Shown: in pieces, positions 26,701-39,361 of the stretch
Layout: each line of letters opens with the position of its first letter
Numbering within the stretch: the stretch's first letter is position 1
Source: Saccostrea echinata
Taxonomy: Eukaryota
DNA length: 64,000 nt
Direction: 5' to 3'
NCBI RefSeq assembly: GCF_033153115.1
Contig: NW_026889803.1
Coordinates: forward strand, 50,344,001 to 50,408,000
Notes under the pieces: generated by a model
What the model saw: the letters and a program-made list of their open reading frames with translations, nothing else
Database searches by the model: none
Told to the model about the DNA's origin: nothing
Position numbers and translations under genes: made by a program

Positions 26701-29700
26701 AAATTCTATTAAAACTTTAACCCTTCCCTGTTAAGCTATCAAAAAATATTTAAAAAAAAAAAAAAAAACCTAGGGCCTAACAATTGGTATAAAACACGTC
26801 AGCCAAAAGTAAGACCCAATGATAGGTTATATTTGCTAACTAGGTCATTATAATGACCATAGAATTTACGAAAAGCTGACTTAAAATTAGGTTGTTAAAT
26901 TCCCTATAACCTCAACTTATCTGTCAGTAGCCTACCTCGGTTAAAAATTGATCGTTGAGAAAAGTAAACACCATACAAGTGATAACGGAATATTACTACA
27001 TAAATAAGGAAAGTTGACGATGAAAAAGCTGAAATCATCTCGTTTGTCATACAATTTACTTGTTAGTTGGCCCTTATCGTATAGTCAGTAAAACATCCAA
27101 ATATGAAACTGACGTGGCAAACTCTGTGGTGTCTTTTATTTCAAGTTCAGTGGGATAAATAGAGTCGACATGTGAATGGAAGTAACTACTGTTAATTGAT
27201 AAAACGTCGTCACTATATCTTAATGGCTTTCTTCTTCTTATGTAGAAGTTTTTGAACAAATTCAGCTTCATAGGAATATAAAACAGGTCGGTTAATAAGG
27301 GAGTAAATTAATGTCCACTGGAATTCCAGCAGTTTGTTGGAAGACCTGGTGTCCAAAGACTAATTTAATGTTGTTAATGAGGAACTCCAGAATACTTCTA
27401 ATATCAACTTCAGAGTACTTGTGTGTAGATTTTTAAAAAAAAAGTAATTTTGTTGATGACTAATCACAAGTTATGAAAATTTTTCAGTTGCATTTTTATT
27501 GAAGAAGCAGTTGTCTTTGATATCAAGAGCCGAATTTTTAATTTATCGTGAGGAATGGATTGTATAAAGTGTAGAAAAAACGTACGTTTGCCAAAGAAAG
27601 TATTGAAATTTTTGTACGATTTTGTAATAATGGCATAAACTATGTGCCAAAATTTGTGTAGATGTATGTAAAAAATGGCACAAAATGGTATATCAGTCCA
27701 TACATCAATTTTTTATGTTATATATCCTTAAAAAGAGTTTGTAGATATATATATGTCTTTTATCCAAGCTGTAGTTTCGTCAGAAAGAATGTTATTCGTA
27801 TAAAAAGCGACAAAATATATTTCATACAAGATAAATTGTAAAGATCAAATGAGGTGGATATTCCAAGCTGTTAACTGGTCAATGGGTTCAAAACATATCT
27901 ATTAATTCTTACCTTATAATGTAAATAAAAATGCCTAGGATTAGTAAAATATCAAAGTACTAGGTATATCGCACAATAGAAACTACTGTTTTTTGAAACA
28001 ATTGAGTTCTGTTTTCTTTCATATCTGATTGTATTGTCCTTTCGAATTCTGACACATTTTATTTTATCAAATAAATTCTGCAATATGACTACCTTTTCCC
28101 CATAATTAGGTTTAAGGCGCGACAGGATAGTATACAAATCAGTATTTCAGTGACGAAAAGCAACAATTTGGTAATCATAGTAAAAAATAATTGTTACACC
28201 GACATTATACACAGACTAATTACGTGATTAATTATGTTGCATAGGTTGCAGTGACGGTATGGGTGGATGTTTAGCTATCAACACCACGAAGACAATAAAC
28301 TGTATAACATACCGCTGTGAGAGACACTCATCAAATTGTGGTCTAGATTTCTACAAAGGAGGTATTATGATTGCAAATTCACACCTACAGGCACTTGAAT
28401 ATAGGTTTTCAGGAACACTTTCTCTGACTTATACACTCCTACATAATTATGTGATCTTTTCTAAAACATAAGAATGACAATGATTTTCTTCAGAAGATCA
28501 AACTTACTACAATTTGAAAGGAACTATTTCTTTAGGGTGTAATGAAGGAGGAGAGTGTCATGACGTAAACAACACGTGGACAAGCAAAAACTGTCACGTG
28601 ATGAAATGCAGTATGGAGGCTGCCCAGAAGGAAAATGTGAAAATAAGAACGAAAATAAAGACATATGGTACTGTCTAACTTATTTTTATTAATTTATTTC
28701 TGATTACTAAATATTAGGGATGTCAACGAGTACCCGGTTAACCGGGTACTCGATCGAACGTCCGAGTATCGAATACTAAAAATGGTACTCGGTTACTCGG
28801 ATGTGTATTTTTTCTTATATCAAAGTATATATTTTTATCAAAAACTTATCAAAAAATAACTTAAATATGCATACGGTAAATAGCGCGTCGTGGCTGTGTA
28901 TATATACAGTAATTAGTGACCAATCACCTGGTACACGGCTGTTCTCACCTATTGTGGTCCTTAATTTTTGAATGGCTTCAATGATTGTTTTCATTGTACA
29001 TCGTTTAAGTATGGTCTTTTATCTTCAAATCATTTTAAAATCATTTGGTTAATATACGGCAGCGAAATTGGACATGCATAGAAATGCCGCTACCCACTTC
29101 AAAAGTGAAGAAATATTTAGAAATAACTAAAGATTAAAAAAAAAGTTGAAAGTCTGTTTGCGTAGTAGGATTAGTGCATACCGTGGAAATATCCAACATA
29201 TGAAAAAAATATTAGACTAGCGATCCTAACAACCTCTGTTCCTTCTCTCGCTAGCCTTCTATCACATAAACCTGCTTATAACAGCTTGTCTTCCTTTTGC
29301 GTTGGTCAAATAGATCCTAAACAAGAACTGTAAACCATTTGTAATTTTTGATGTATTAATTGTGTCTTTTGTGTTCATTTGATAAATAAATTTAGTACCA
29401 TAAATCATTTCCGTTGGAATCTATGTTTATATGCATTTATAAACGTGATAAAAACAGCTTTGGGGTTTAACTTGGCTCAAGAAAATTAAAGTATTTTCAT
29501 TTTTACCGAGTACCCGGGTACTCGATCGGAAAAACGTCCGAGTAACCGATTATCAAAAATTGACCGATCTGACATCCCTACTAAATATTGAAGCATTAAA
29601 TGTAAAACTGTGATCTGTCCTAATTTAATGTATCTACCATTAATTTTACTTCTAATCTTAAGTACAAAAAATGCTTCAGCTTGCAAGTTGAACGGAAAAT

Positions 29701-32700
29701 GTTACAAGGAAGGAGAGATGATGAGTGCACAATGTTTAAAAAGACAATGTAAAGTTGACAGGGACCATAATACTGTCACAATGGACGTCATACACGCAGG
29801 TAACTCTCTCTCTCTCTCTTTAAAAATAAAATAAATGTTTTCGAAGATCCAGTCTTCAAAACCATAAACTGAGAAGACTTTTATTGAAATTTGAATCTTG
29901 AATATCTTGATTTTTATTCTCATGTGTTTTTTTTAAATACAGGTCTATATTTGATATTTAAATAAAATATATGATTAAATTTTGTTTCATTATCAAAGTT
30001 ACGTCAGGAGTTATTTTAATTTATAAAATTTTGACCCGTCTTGAGACCTGATTACTAACAATCTGTTTTCAGACTGCAGGGTGAACGGATTGTGTATACC
30101 TGTCAATTCTACATACAGAGATGGATGTTCTGTCAAACGGTGTTATTGGCGAAAAAACGGAGACGTCCATAGCTCAGGAAGTGATGTCGTCACGTTTGGT
30201 AATTCATACCTTCCTCTGTTTTCTTATCTTTTCACTATAGAATGAAACAACATAAAATAACATCACAATATTGAGAAAATTAATAAAAACGATGAATTGA
30301 AACATTTTGTTAAATTAATTCCATTTTGAAAGGTTGAGAAAGTTCCTTAGCCTTATATCAGAAGTCCTTTCTAGATGTATACTACCATAAATAAACGGTT
30401 AAGACCTACAGTAGTTGGCCATAATTTAGTTCCCAAAATGGCGGATGTTGTTAAATGTTGATCTAGCCTGTTGTAATGTAAAACTTAAATAGCATGCAAA
30501 AAAAACACAGACTTACCTAAAATTACTAGTATTTTGTTATATATCCTTTTGCTTTGATTACGGCTCTGATTCGCTTTGGAATACTTTGATATAGGCTTTT
30601 TATATAATGTTAAGGAAGTGATGCCCAGATTTCAGTCACTACTCTTTCAAGATCTGACTTGTTGTTAATAACTCCTTTTCTAGTTATAAAAGATATCGGA
30701 ACCACAGGTTGATTGAACGCATTTAATTAAGACACATTAGTGGTATTTTAACTTATAACTGGCCATTAACTCTCTATGTGATGTTTGTATCTTACTGAAT
30801 TCAATCTGTTCATAGTATTTCGATTTTGTGATACGAAATAAGAGACTCGCAGACCTTTTGTTTAAAAGTAACTCCTCCCAGACAGACAGACAGCTAGACA
30901 GACGGACGGACAGACAGACACCAAGCAGAATAAACCGTTTATTCTGCAGAAAATTAGTAGCACTAATTTCCTGCCATGCAACGTAGGCGATTCAAAAAAG
31001 AACTACGGGGAAAAAATGACTCTACCATGCAATATTATTAAACAGGCTTCAGGATATTTGAACCCATTCTTACCTTTATACGTGTTTTGGTTTTGCAGGG
31101 TGTAAGTGGAAGGACAGTTGTGTAAATGAGAGTGAGATAAGACAATATCAGTGTACTCACTACATCTGTCGTGTATCCCAGAGGGGACAATACAGGCGCG
31201 CAGAGATGGCCGTTTATAGTCAAGGTATTGAAACTTTCACACTGAATCAAAATAGCATTGTTTCTTGTTATGCAAGAGACCATTCTCGTTTTATTAACAC
31301 CCACTTGCAAGACTTAAACAAAGTAAATGTATTTCGCTAAACTTATATCCATTGTTAATTTCTTTGATTGTATATTAAAATTATTAAGATCTGATAAACT
31401 GTATAATGAAATGAACGTGCTAGATTGCAGGGATCCACAAGGAAATTGCATAGCGGTAGGGAGCTATGGCGAGGGTCAAAATTGTAACAAAGTGAAGTGT
31501 GTCTCTACGACTGGTCAGTCGCGTCTGGAAAATGTAGCAACAGGTATGGGATCGTATAAATGATTAAGACACATATTTTGCAAATATTGAATACATGTTT
31601 ATTTGATATGGGTAAAATCAATTTTAATGAGACTTCTTTGGAACGTATATAGTTTTGCAATTTTTGTCATTCTTTTCATGTGATACATTCAAAGTAAGTA
31701 AAATTACTTTGTATTTAACTCTTCCAGATGCATGTGACATGTCCGTCCTTAAAATGAACTTATGAACCCAATAAAAATGTATATGTTTCTCTTAATAAGA
31801 AGCACGACAAAATCCGGAATGTGGGGGTCCAAAGTTAAAACACCAAATAGTGCAAAATTGTTTTAATTGAAAGAATAAACGTTTTCCTATCAAACGCCCC
31901 ACCCAAAACCCAATTTTGAGCTAGAAAAATATGTATAATTTTTTATCCCTTTTTAAAAAGAAAGATATCTCTGGATCTCTTCCACATGTAATCTCTGCCT
32001 TCAATGGATATTAATTAGGTAAATATAACTATTTCAGGGTGCTTAGATAGGGATAAATGTAGAGAGAACGGAGGCAATTGGACAAATCCGGAAAACTGCA
32101 TTACTTACGGTTGTCGTATAAAAATCCAAAATGGTCGAACATACCCTAAAATACAAATTATAGGCGTTGGTAAGAATATATGCCAAATTTTTATTTAACT
32201 TTTAACATTGTATGATAAGTACATGTAAGTAATAATAACATTCTTCCTCTTAATCTGATACTCCAAGCGAAATGCTTCTTTATCTTGAGCTTTTTTTCAT
32301 GTATTTTGCTTTTAGGATGTAAAGTAGGCGGTATTTGCTACAGTCCTGGGGAAAAATGGGACTCAGGTTGCCTGGAAAGACAATGTGTTGTCAATAGATC
32401 AAACAAAGGATTCTCCCGATCGGTAACAGCAAAATTAAGAGGTATAACCATAAAATTTACTCAAGGTATATTTTACACATCTGCATTTTAATGGCAATTT
32501 AAGTTTGGTTAAAATATTGTTAATAGATGTGAAAAATTGCTTTATCAACAAAATATTAAGTGATATCTTATTTTACAAGCCTATTGTGGGGTGTTTTTTT
32601 CTAAACACACTGTTAAAAACATGTTTCAGACACTAGAAAAGAAAAAACCAAGACGGTATAATTTGTAAAAATGGATACATCGAAACTAGTTCGAATATTT

Positions 32701-35445
32701 TTATTCAATAAGAATTGTAGATCTTTGTTTAAAAGTGACTCCTCCGAGACAGATGAATGGACTGACATCCACCAGACAGAGTGACCCCTGTGTGTTTCCC
32801 ATGCAACACAGGCATCACAAACAGAACTTTCAATTGATAAAAAAAAATTGATCGGATAAACAGAGTAATCCATATAAAATCAGCAAAATGGCCTAACAAT
32901 ACGTAATAAAAACCTAACAATACGTAATAAAAACCTAACAATATGTAATAAAAACCTAACAATACGTAATAAAATCCTAACAATACATATTAAAAAAAAT
33001 TTAAAATACGTAATAAAAACTTAACAATACGTAATAAAAACTTCAGTCAACAATCGACCCAAGGCCAGGTTGTATTTGCAAACAAGGTCATTGTAACGAC
33101 AGTAGAATTTGCGAAATGTTTACTAGTAATTTAAACGTGATTGTTGATACTCTTGTAACCTCAACTTATTTTTGAGTAGCTTTCATCATCTCAGAATTTG
33201 ATCATACGCAGAACATGCTCTTGTACATGTATATCAAATCAACTGGAAGACGAACACCATATGATGATTACTGTAAAATGCTACGTAAATAAGGCCTCAG
33301 TCACACCGTGTCGCTAAAGGAGGTCAAATGGATTGCAAAATTTTTAATTTGTTTGTCTCCTTTTGCATACCTTTCTTGTCCGTTTGATGAATACGTACAG
33401 TGTCTGGAGTGGCCCGGTGAAGTTAAAAAACAATGTTGTGGTTTTGCAGATGCAAGTGGAATGGCAGATGTATAAAAGATAGTGAAATTTTTTAAACGTT
33501 TTCAAAACTTGGAAGAAACCCAACTTGACTAAGTTGTCCATTTAAAGTACGGTAGGTCCGTTTAAAGTATAGTACAGTGCGTTTGCGTTTAGTACAGAAT
33601 CCATGCACTTCTTTTCCTGTGCTTGACCGGTTGCTTTCGTTGATATCCGTTTGACCTGAGCTTTGCCGGTCCTGAAACGGATAAAACTGGTCTTACTCTG
33701 GACACCTATCGTTAGTCTAACATTTAAAAAGAGACTCGAGGGATGACTTTCATCAACGTTTTACGCATCCGTTTGACGACAGCGCAATCCGGTAAGGTCG
33801 AGGTAAAGTCGAGGTCATTACGTTTATCACAAATTCTTCTTTTACATTAGCATTCACATATTAAGATATGTCGGGAAAGTTTACCCATTAACAATATTTA
33901 TTCTTGTATTGATATGTTGATTCTATATATCCCATTAAACACAAAATAAAAGACACCACTGGGTTTGAAACATCTGTGTCATATTTGGTTTTTTGCTATA
34001 GAGAGACAATGCTGGCAAACTAACAACTTGGGGGTTTTGAATAAATATGCTTCATAAGACTACAAAAAACAGGTTAGCTTTTAAAGCGGCACAATTATTT
34101 TATATGTAACAATGAGAATTCCGGCAGATGGAAGACCTGGACTCCAAAGACTACATAGATAAATGTGTCTCTTCTTTACTTTGTCGGGAAGAATGCCTTA
34201 TGAAGTGTTGAGAAGCCATACGCTTGGATGCTATTGAATCTTCTAAAAGTTCTTTGGATTTTTTTTTTTAGTTTCCACATTTGATTAACACTACTTCTCG
34301 AATATGTTGCTATAAAGCGATAATCATACGAGCGTAAATATTAAACTTTCTAACTTTCAACAGGCTCCATGAACTTTCTGATGCAAAGTACATTTAACCA
34401 AAGGTATTTTACGTATAAAAGTTGTTTTTTGCTTTTTCATATGTCTCATCTTTCAGGCTGTAATGTAAACGGCAAATGCCTTGAGGTTGGGTTCAAAGAG
34501 ATGAGAAACAAATGTTTAAATTATGGTTGCACCCTGGACAAAAAATCAAATCGCCCTGTTTACAGCCTGCTTAAAGGAGGTGAGATACGATGTTTCTTTT
34601 CAATGCAGGAACATTATACCCTAGCCAGAACACTCCTGTTATGTTATAAACATGTCATTGTATTTCCTCAATTCATGATAGTAAAATTGTTGCCATAAGT
34701 TTAAAAAAAATAATAAAACATATCGAAGACTAAGAAAACACTGTCTAAAAATTGATTCATTATAGTACTTATTCAAGACAAAGACACATTGCTAGACTTA
34801 AAAAATACATGAAGCAGTCATTATGGTATAAACATATTTTCATAACCATCATAAATTTTCAGTAAAACTTTACTACCTACAAATCAATAGACTTAAAACT
34901 ATTAAAATGTGGAAAAGTAGATACACTGCCTTATAATGTACCATTCCAGCCTGCAAAGATCTAGATGGAAACTGTCGAGACATCGAGGAAGAGTGGGATC
35001 ACCTATATAAACCTCATAAAATTTGTCTTCGTCTAAAGTGTGTGTATTCAAACGGGATTTATAGAACATCTACACTTAAAATACGTAAGTTAATGCCAGA
35101 TCTATAATTGACCATTAAACATTTTTCAAAAAATCAGTTTATAGTGTTTAATAAATTAATTTATAGTATTTATTTCTAAAAGAAAATAATGTTGGATGAA
35201 TGCTCTGATGGACAGAAATATTGTGAGAAACTTAATTCACAATCAAAAGTGATCAACATTAATAACAATTAATAAAGCTTGACATTAGATATCTTTTTTT
35301 TTCTTTTACAGTGTGTAAAGATAAAAATGACAATTGCAGGCAGCAAGGGGAGAGCGGATTTCCGGCTATGATCGGAGGACGAGAGTACAAAAACTGTCAA
35401 TGTAAAGCCTACGGACGTCAGTCAAGAATGTCGTGTTCTCCGTAG
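17770..35445 (+). CDS. Secreted ApeC (apextrin C-terminal) domain protein with 18 short Cys-rich (VWC/FnI-like) exon modules, ~1006 aa
   Basis: Exons, all GT-AG with phase-1 introns: 17770-17854, 18113-18280, 18932-19045, 19257-19376, 21618-21731, 22472-22759, 22889-23107, 23375-23518, 24326-24445, 24557-24694, 24788-24907, 28245-28361, 28536-28667, 29680-29799, 30073-30198, 31099-31224, 31424-31543, 32038-32169, 32316-32441, 34457-34579, 34950-35084, 35312-35445 (TAG). Sum is 3021 nt with an open frame. Hydrophobic N-terminus MNLLLLLLVLVSWDQSLG. Repeated GCxxxGxC...CxxxxC modules. An exon could be hidden in the gap at 20717-20874. Confidence 0.85.
19585..19800 (+). mobile_element. SINE remnant (conserved-core type)
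   Basis: The segment taaaaaaccgaggcccc...gtgttgacacaataaagatccctcactg resembles the central domain of molluscan tRNA-derived SINEs (recognition from memory). Head not visible. Confidence 0.45.
22472..23518 (+). other. ApeC domain (three exons) within the Cys-repeat gene
   Basis: Motifs WPKGSYGLLMPEEGCP, FC, WDAGNYCIFRKLGQCPSGF, MDD, GSVPDGIYDKDT-FFFCCRSDG, IILP-NEPFVLF, CQSVRGM, FDDEN, IYFCYY match the 8-Cys ApeC pattern. Confidence 0.9.
23734..23851. mobile_element. 118-bp palindromic mini-element with TGT...ACA ends (Ginger-like)
   Basis: Perfect 30-bp TIR tgtcatgttgtaaattttgaatataccggg, 4-bp TSD GTGG, and an internal second inverted pair of the same motif. Confidence 0.75.
26078..26160 (-). 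other. tRNA-derived (Pol III A/B box) SINE-head-like segment
   Basis: Minus strand reads gtgtagtctagtggttagcgcg (A box) ... gggttcgaacccc (B box). No convincing anticodon arm. Confidence 0.5.
26790..27590 (-). mobile_element. Naiad-type PLE reverse transcriptase fragment in an intron
   Basis: LRYSDDVLSINSSYFHSHVDSIYPTELEIKDTT...SVSYLD and a [13 protein letters not shown] remnant. Frameshifted. Confidence 0.85.
28715..29580. mobile_element. hAT-type MITE in an intron
   Basis: TIR tagggatgtca...tgacatcccta, perfect 8-bp TSD CTAAATAT, subterminal gagtacccg repeats. Confidence 0.85.
30879..30920. repeat. (GACA/GACG)n microsatellite
   Basis: Direct inspection. Confidence 0.85.
32891..33042. repeat. 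21-bp minisatellite (cctaacaatacgtaataaaaa), ~7 copies
   Basis: Direct inspection. Explains the spurious LLGFYYV ORF. Abuts a PLE remnant. Confidence 0.9.
33043..34330 (-). mobile_element. Fragmented Naiad-type PLE remnants (33043-33290 and ~34130-34330) interrupted by other DNA
   Basis: Similar to 47850-48060 and to 48420-48450 / 48720-48790 of the long copy. Confidence 0.6.
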
Positions 35446-35757
35446 GTGTTCGAGACATGCTTGGATTGCCGAGCCCAAATCTCTCACCAGAGGGCGTTTT
35501 GCTAAGCTCCACAATACCTCTGTTATCCAAAGCATTTGAATAATCTTGTAAACTAGGCAAATATTCTTTTCCTAGATATTCGAAAAAGAAAAAAAAATGT
35601 CCCTTTATCAANNNNNNNNNNNNNNNNNNNNNNNNNNNNNNNNNNNNNNNNNNNNNNNNNNNNNNNNNNNNNNNNNNNNNNNNNNNNNNNNNNNNNNNNN
35701 NNNNNNNNNNNNNNNNNNNNNNNNNNNNNNNNNNNNNNNNNNNNNNNNNNNNNNNNN

Positions 35758-36519
35758 TGGCAATTTGAAACCGGTTAACCGATTACTCGGTCGGAACGAA
35801 AATCTGTAATCGGTTAGTCTGAAAAAAAAAATGTAAATTTGAACGCAGTTTTCTTAAAATTTATTATTTAATTTTTTTTTTCTTCACAAACGGTAATAAT
35901 TTAGCGTTTTCACATATCGATTTAAGCTGATTTGGAGGTAATTATGGCTCTCTTGATTGAGATCGCATGGGTAATTGGTCAGTTTGTGAAGTGTTAATTA
36001 CAGTTAAACAACTTGTCGGTGCCCTGACTGTCCTGTAATTCTTTAATGAAATTAATTAAATCAGAGTTGAGAACTGTGAACTATCTTTTGTCGTTATCTA
36101 TTAAATTATAGCTTTAGACAAACATTGTAATTTAAGTGAAAGTTTAGACTTAGTCTTGCTTATGGTGACAATGCAAGACAAGACAACAGTTTATTCTCAT
36201 TAACTCTAACGACAGTATAGAGAGGAAGAATGCAGAATAAACTTGTGTGACATCTGGAAAATTATAAATTTCTTATTTCGTCGGCATATTTCATGGTTTT
36301 CTTAATTTTTCTTGTCTATTGAAATTGAAATAAAATAAGGTTTCCTGATCAAGATAAACAGAAAGTTTATAACGTCTTACTTTCTTTTTAGTCTTTTTGT
36401 ATATGTGAATAAAGAAAAAAATGTCAAAAATGTGCATTTTGATACGATTAACCGGTTAATCGGTCGGAACGTCTTGCGGTTAACCGATTAGCAATTTCTG
36501 TATTCGATTGCCATCCCTA
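35758..36519. mobile_element. hAT-type MITE related to 28715-29580; left end lies in the gap
   Basis: Ends in ttgccatcccta and begins tggcaa right after the Ns. Subterminal ggttaaccg repeats. Confidence 0.65.
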
Positions 36520-37829
36520 ATTATTTTGATCAATATTTTACATCTGCCATATGTTGAAGGGACTACTTGTAGAGGATAACAAATGTGTAAGTGACGCTTA
36601 GCGTAACTCGCCCTCTTGTAGAAATGGAGGAGTTTCCTATTGCTGATCTTTCTTTATTTTTTTTTTTTACTAAATCCAAACCGACCATAAGAAAAAGAAA
36701 TATGAATAAAAAGTTGTCTAAGCTGCCGAAATATCCATTTGAAAAATGCAAGACGGTTCTAAATCCAAATGACTCTCCTTTGTAAAGATAATGACATAAT
36801 CTCTTTTGAAGACTTTAATATCATGTATATATATTGTTTTCTTCGAAAATACATTGTTATGTAAGGATACTTAACACAGAAAATCGACAAAGAAATGTTT
36901 ACAAACAATATTACGAGAGTTTTTTCCTTGAACATTAGACAATGTGGTTAATGATATGAAGTACTGAAACAGTGTGTGGAATAACACAACACCCATCATT
37001 GGTTAGAATCATTTACAAGACACGCTGTATCATCTTTAAGGACAAAATTGCAAGAGTAAATAATTATTAGTGACAATCGCATTTTTTCTGGTTATATTTT
37101 AATTATTACAATCAATTATTTACATATCATTGGTAAGATCTCGTTTATTGGTGGCCAAATTGACTATATCAGTTTAAAAATAACTATTTCTCATTTTTGA
37201 GACGATTTATGTAAATATACCATTATGTTAGTCAATCTTGATAGACCCATAGTGAAGAAATACTTGCAGGTTATAAATTTTTGCTGAGATTTATGAGTAA
37301 TGCTGCGGTAAGTACTGTTTGTTTTTTTAAAAATCAAATCAAAATTTATTAACCAGATTAACAGAGGAATAGTGGAAATGTCGTCAGAAAAAATGAAATT
37401 TAAACTTTCTCAAAGCAGCACCAAACATACAAATTAAAGCAACATAACCAGGATTGACCATATTGAAGAAAAAACGTAGATATGAACAGAAGTTGGTAAT
37501 GCATTTTAGATTATATTTTACATCTGATGATACACCCTATGAATGTTAAGAGAAAAGGTTTCATATAAAGGTACTCTATAAACTTGCTAATGGAACAGAA
37601 AGTAGAAAATTGGCCACAGGGATGTGGTTAAGTTTCTCAGCGTACAATGATAACACTGGGTAAATTGGGTACAAAAGGTACAGCACGCTAAGATAAAGAG
37701 GCCCAAGGCCATGGGCCACAACGCTTACCCGAGTAACTATGGCGATTCTTTTCTTTATCAGCAGATTCTTCTTCCTATATATTCTATTATAAAACTGATC
37801 ACATATTATGGTCCCACCAGAAGCCTGAA

Positions 37830-38880
37830 GTGGGTAAAAAAATTATCGCACTCAGAGCATATTCTTGAGTATCAAATATGTTGGGAGACACCATATGAGG
37901 AATAGCGGAATATTACTATATAAATTAAGGAAAGTTGACGATGGAAAAGCTGAGGTAATCTCATTTGTCTTACAACTTAGTTGTTCGTGGCCGTAGGAAC
38001 CGGGGGCACGGGGGGGGGGGCGTGCGGCCCCCCTCCAATAATTTTGCCGATATATAGACTACTATATAAAACATAGCTACTATATGCTTGTGCCCCCTCA
38101 ATAATAACGTCTGACCTTTTTTTTTTTTGCTTGTCAAGGAATTTTGGTACTTGATAGTGCCCCCCCCCCCAACTGAAAATGTAGGGTTGTGCCCCCTCAA
38201 AGTGAAATTGCTTCCTACGGGCCTGATTGTTCCTTATTGTCAATAGTCGGTAAAACATTCAAATATGAAACAGATGTTGCAGACTCTGCGTTATCTTTAA
38301 TTTCGAATTCAGTGGGATATATCGAGTCGACATATGAATGGAAGTAACAATTGTTAATTGATAAAACGTCTTCGATATATCTGAGGCCAAAGCAAATGTT
38401 TTCTTCTTCTTTGGTAGAAGTTTTTGAATAAATTCTGCTTCATAGGAATTTAAAAACAGGTTGGCTAATAAACAAGTACAATACGTACCTATCGGAATTC
38501 CAACAGATTGTTGGCAACCCTGGTCTCCAAAGACTACATAAATGTTGTCATTGAGAAATTCCAACATCTTTTAAATGTTAACTTCAGAATATTAGTGTTT
38601 AGAATCAAAATGATTTTTAACAAAGTAAGATTGTAGATGACCAAAGACAGGATACGAAAATTTACGAGTTCCATTTTCATTGAAGAAGCAGTTGTTTATG
38701 ATATTTAAAAGTCTAGTATTTAATTATTTCTTTTAAACATCTTTGGAGGTTTTGAGAACCTTTATTTGATTTCCATCACTTCTTGAACATGTTGTACATG
38801 TAGCAAAGTACGTCTGAAGTTTCTCTTTCACAGCAGGTAATATTTTTGTGCGGAGTAAAGATAGGAGCTTGGTTAAACAT
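37830..38880 (-). mobile_element. Naiad-type PLE RT fragment with a nested GC-rich MITE (~37986-38225)
   Basis: [30 protein letters not shown]...LLANLFL.SYEAEFIQKLL. The nested insert has termini ggccgtagg...cctacgggcctg. Confidence 0.8.
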
Positions 38881-39361
38881 TGTATAGGTAAGGTAAAACA
38901 AATTCACTTTCATTGACTGGGATATGAATCCCAAAAAGACATTTTATATATAAAAAAAAATTTAAATAATAAAGGTGTTTATTACAAAAATATATATAAA
39001 TATAGCTTTGTTAGTCAATAATAAGCATCTCAGTAAAATACTTGCAAGCATAAATATTGTGATATAGAGATCGCATGACCAAATAGTAAGTCAAGCAATT
39101 TATAGTTTAAGATTTCGATTGAAATTTTCTGTTGAAAGTAACGAGGAATTATTTTACAACAGTTTAACTTGATGTGTATGTTGGTTAATTACATTAATTG
39201 AAAGATCAAATCGATAATCCTGTGAACATTATAATTTATAGAAGAAATCAAGAAAAATGTATGAATCCAATCCTAATATACATTCAGAAGAAATTTTACA
39301 AAAATAGATTTTGTAGAACGTGCTCGAAAAAGATCAGTACTACATAAAATTATCAGAATCA

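Noticed and set aside
32729-32983. Hydrophobic LLGFYYV repeat ORF
   Set aside because: Artefact of the 21-bp intronic minisatellite.
1590-37530. Hammerhead ribozyme cores (CTGATGA at ~1592, 9222, 18627, 26164, 37524)
   Set aside because: No accompanying stem II/GAAA geometry.
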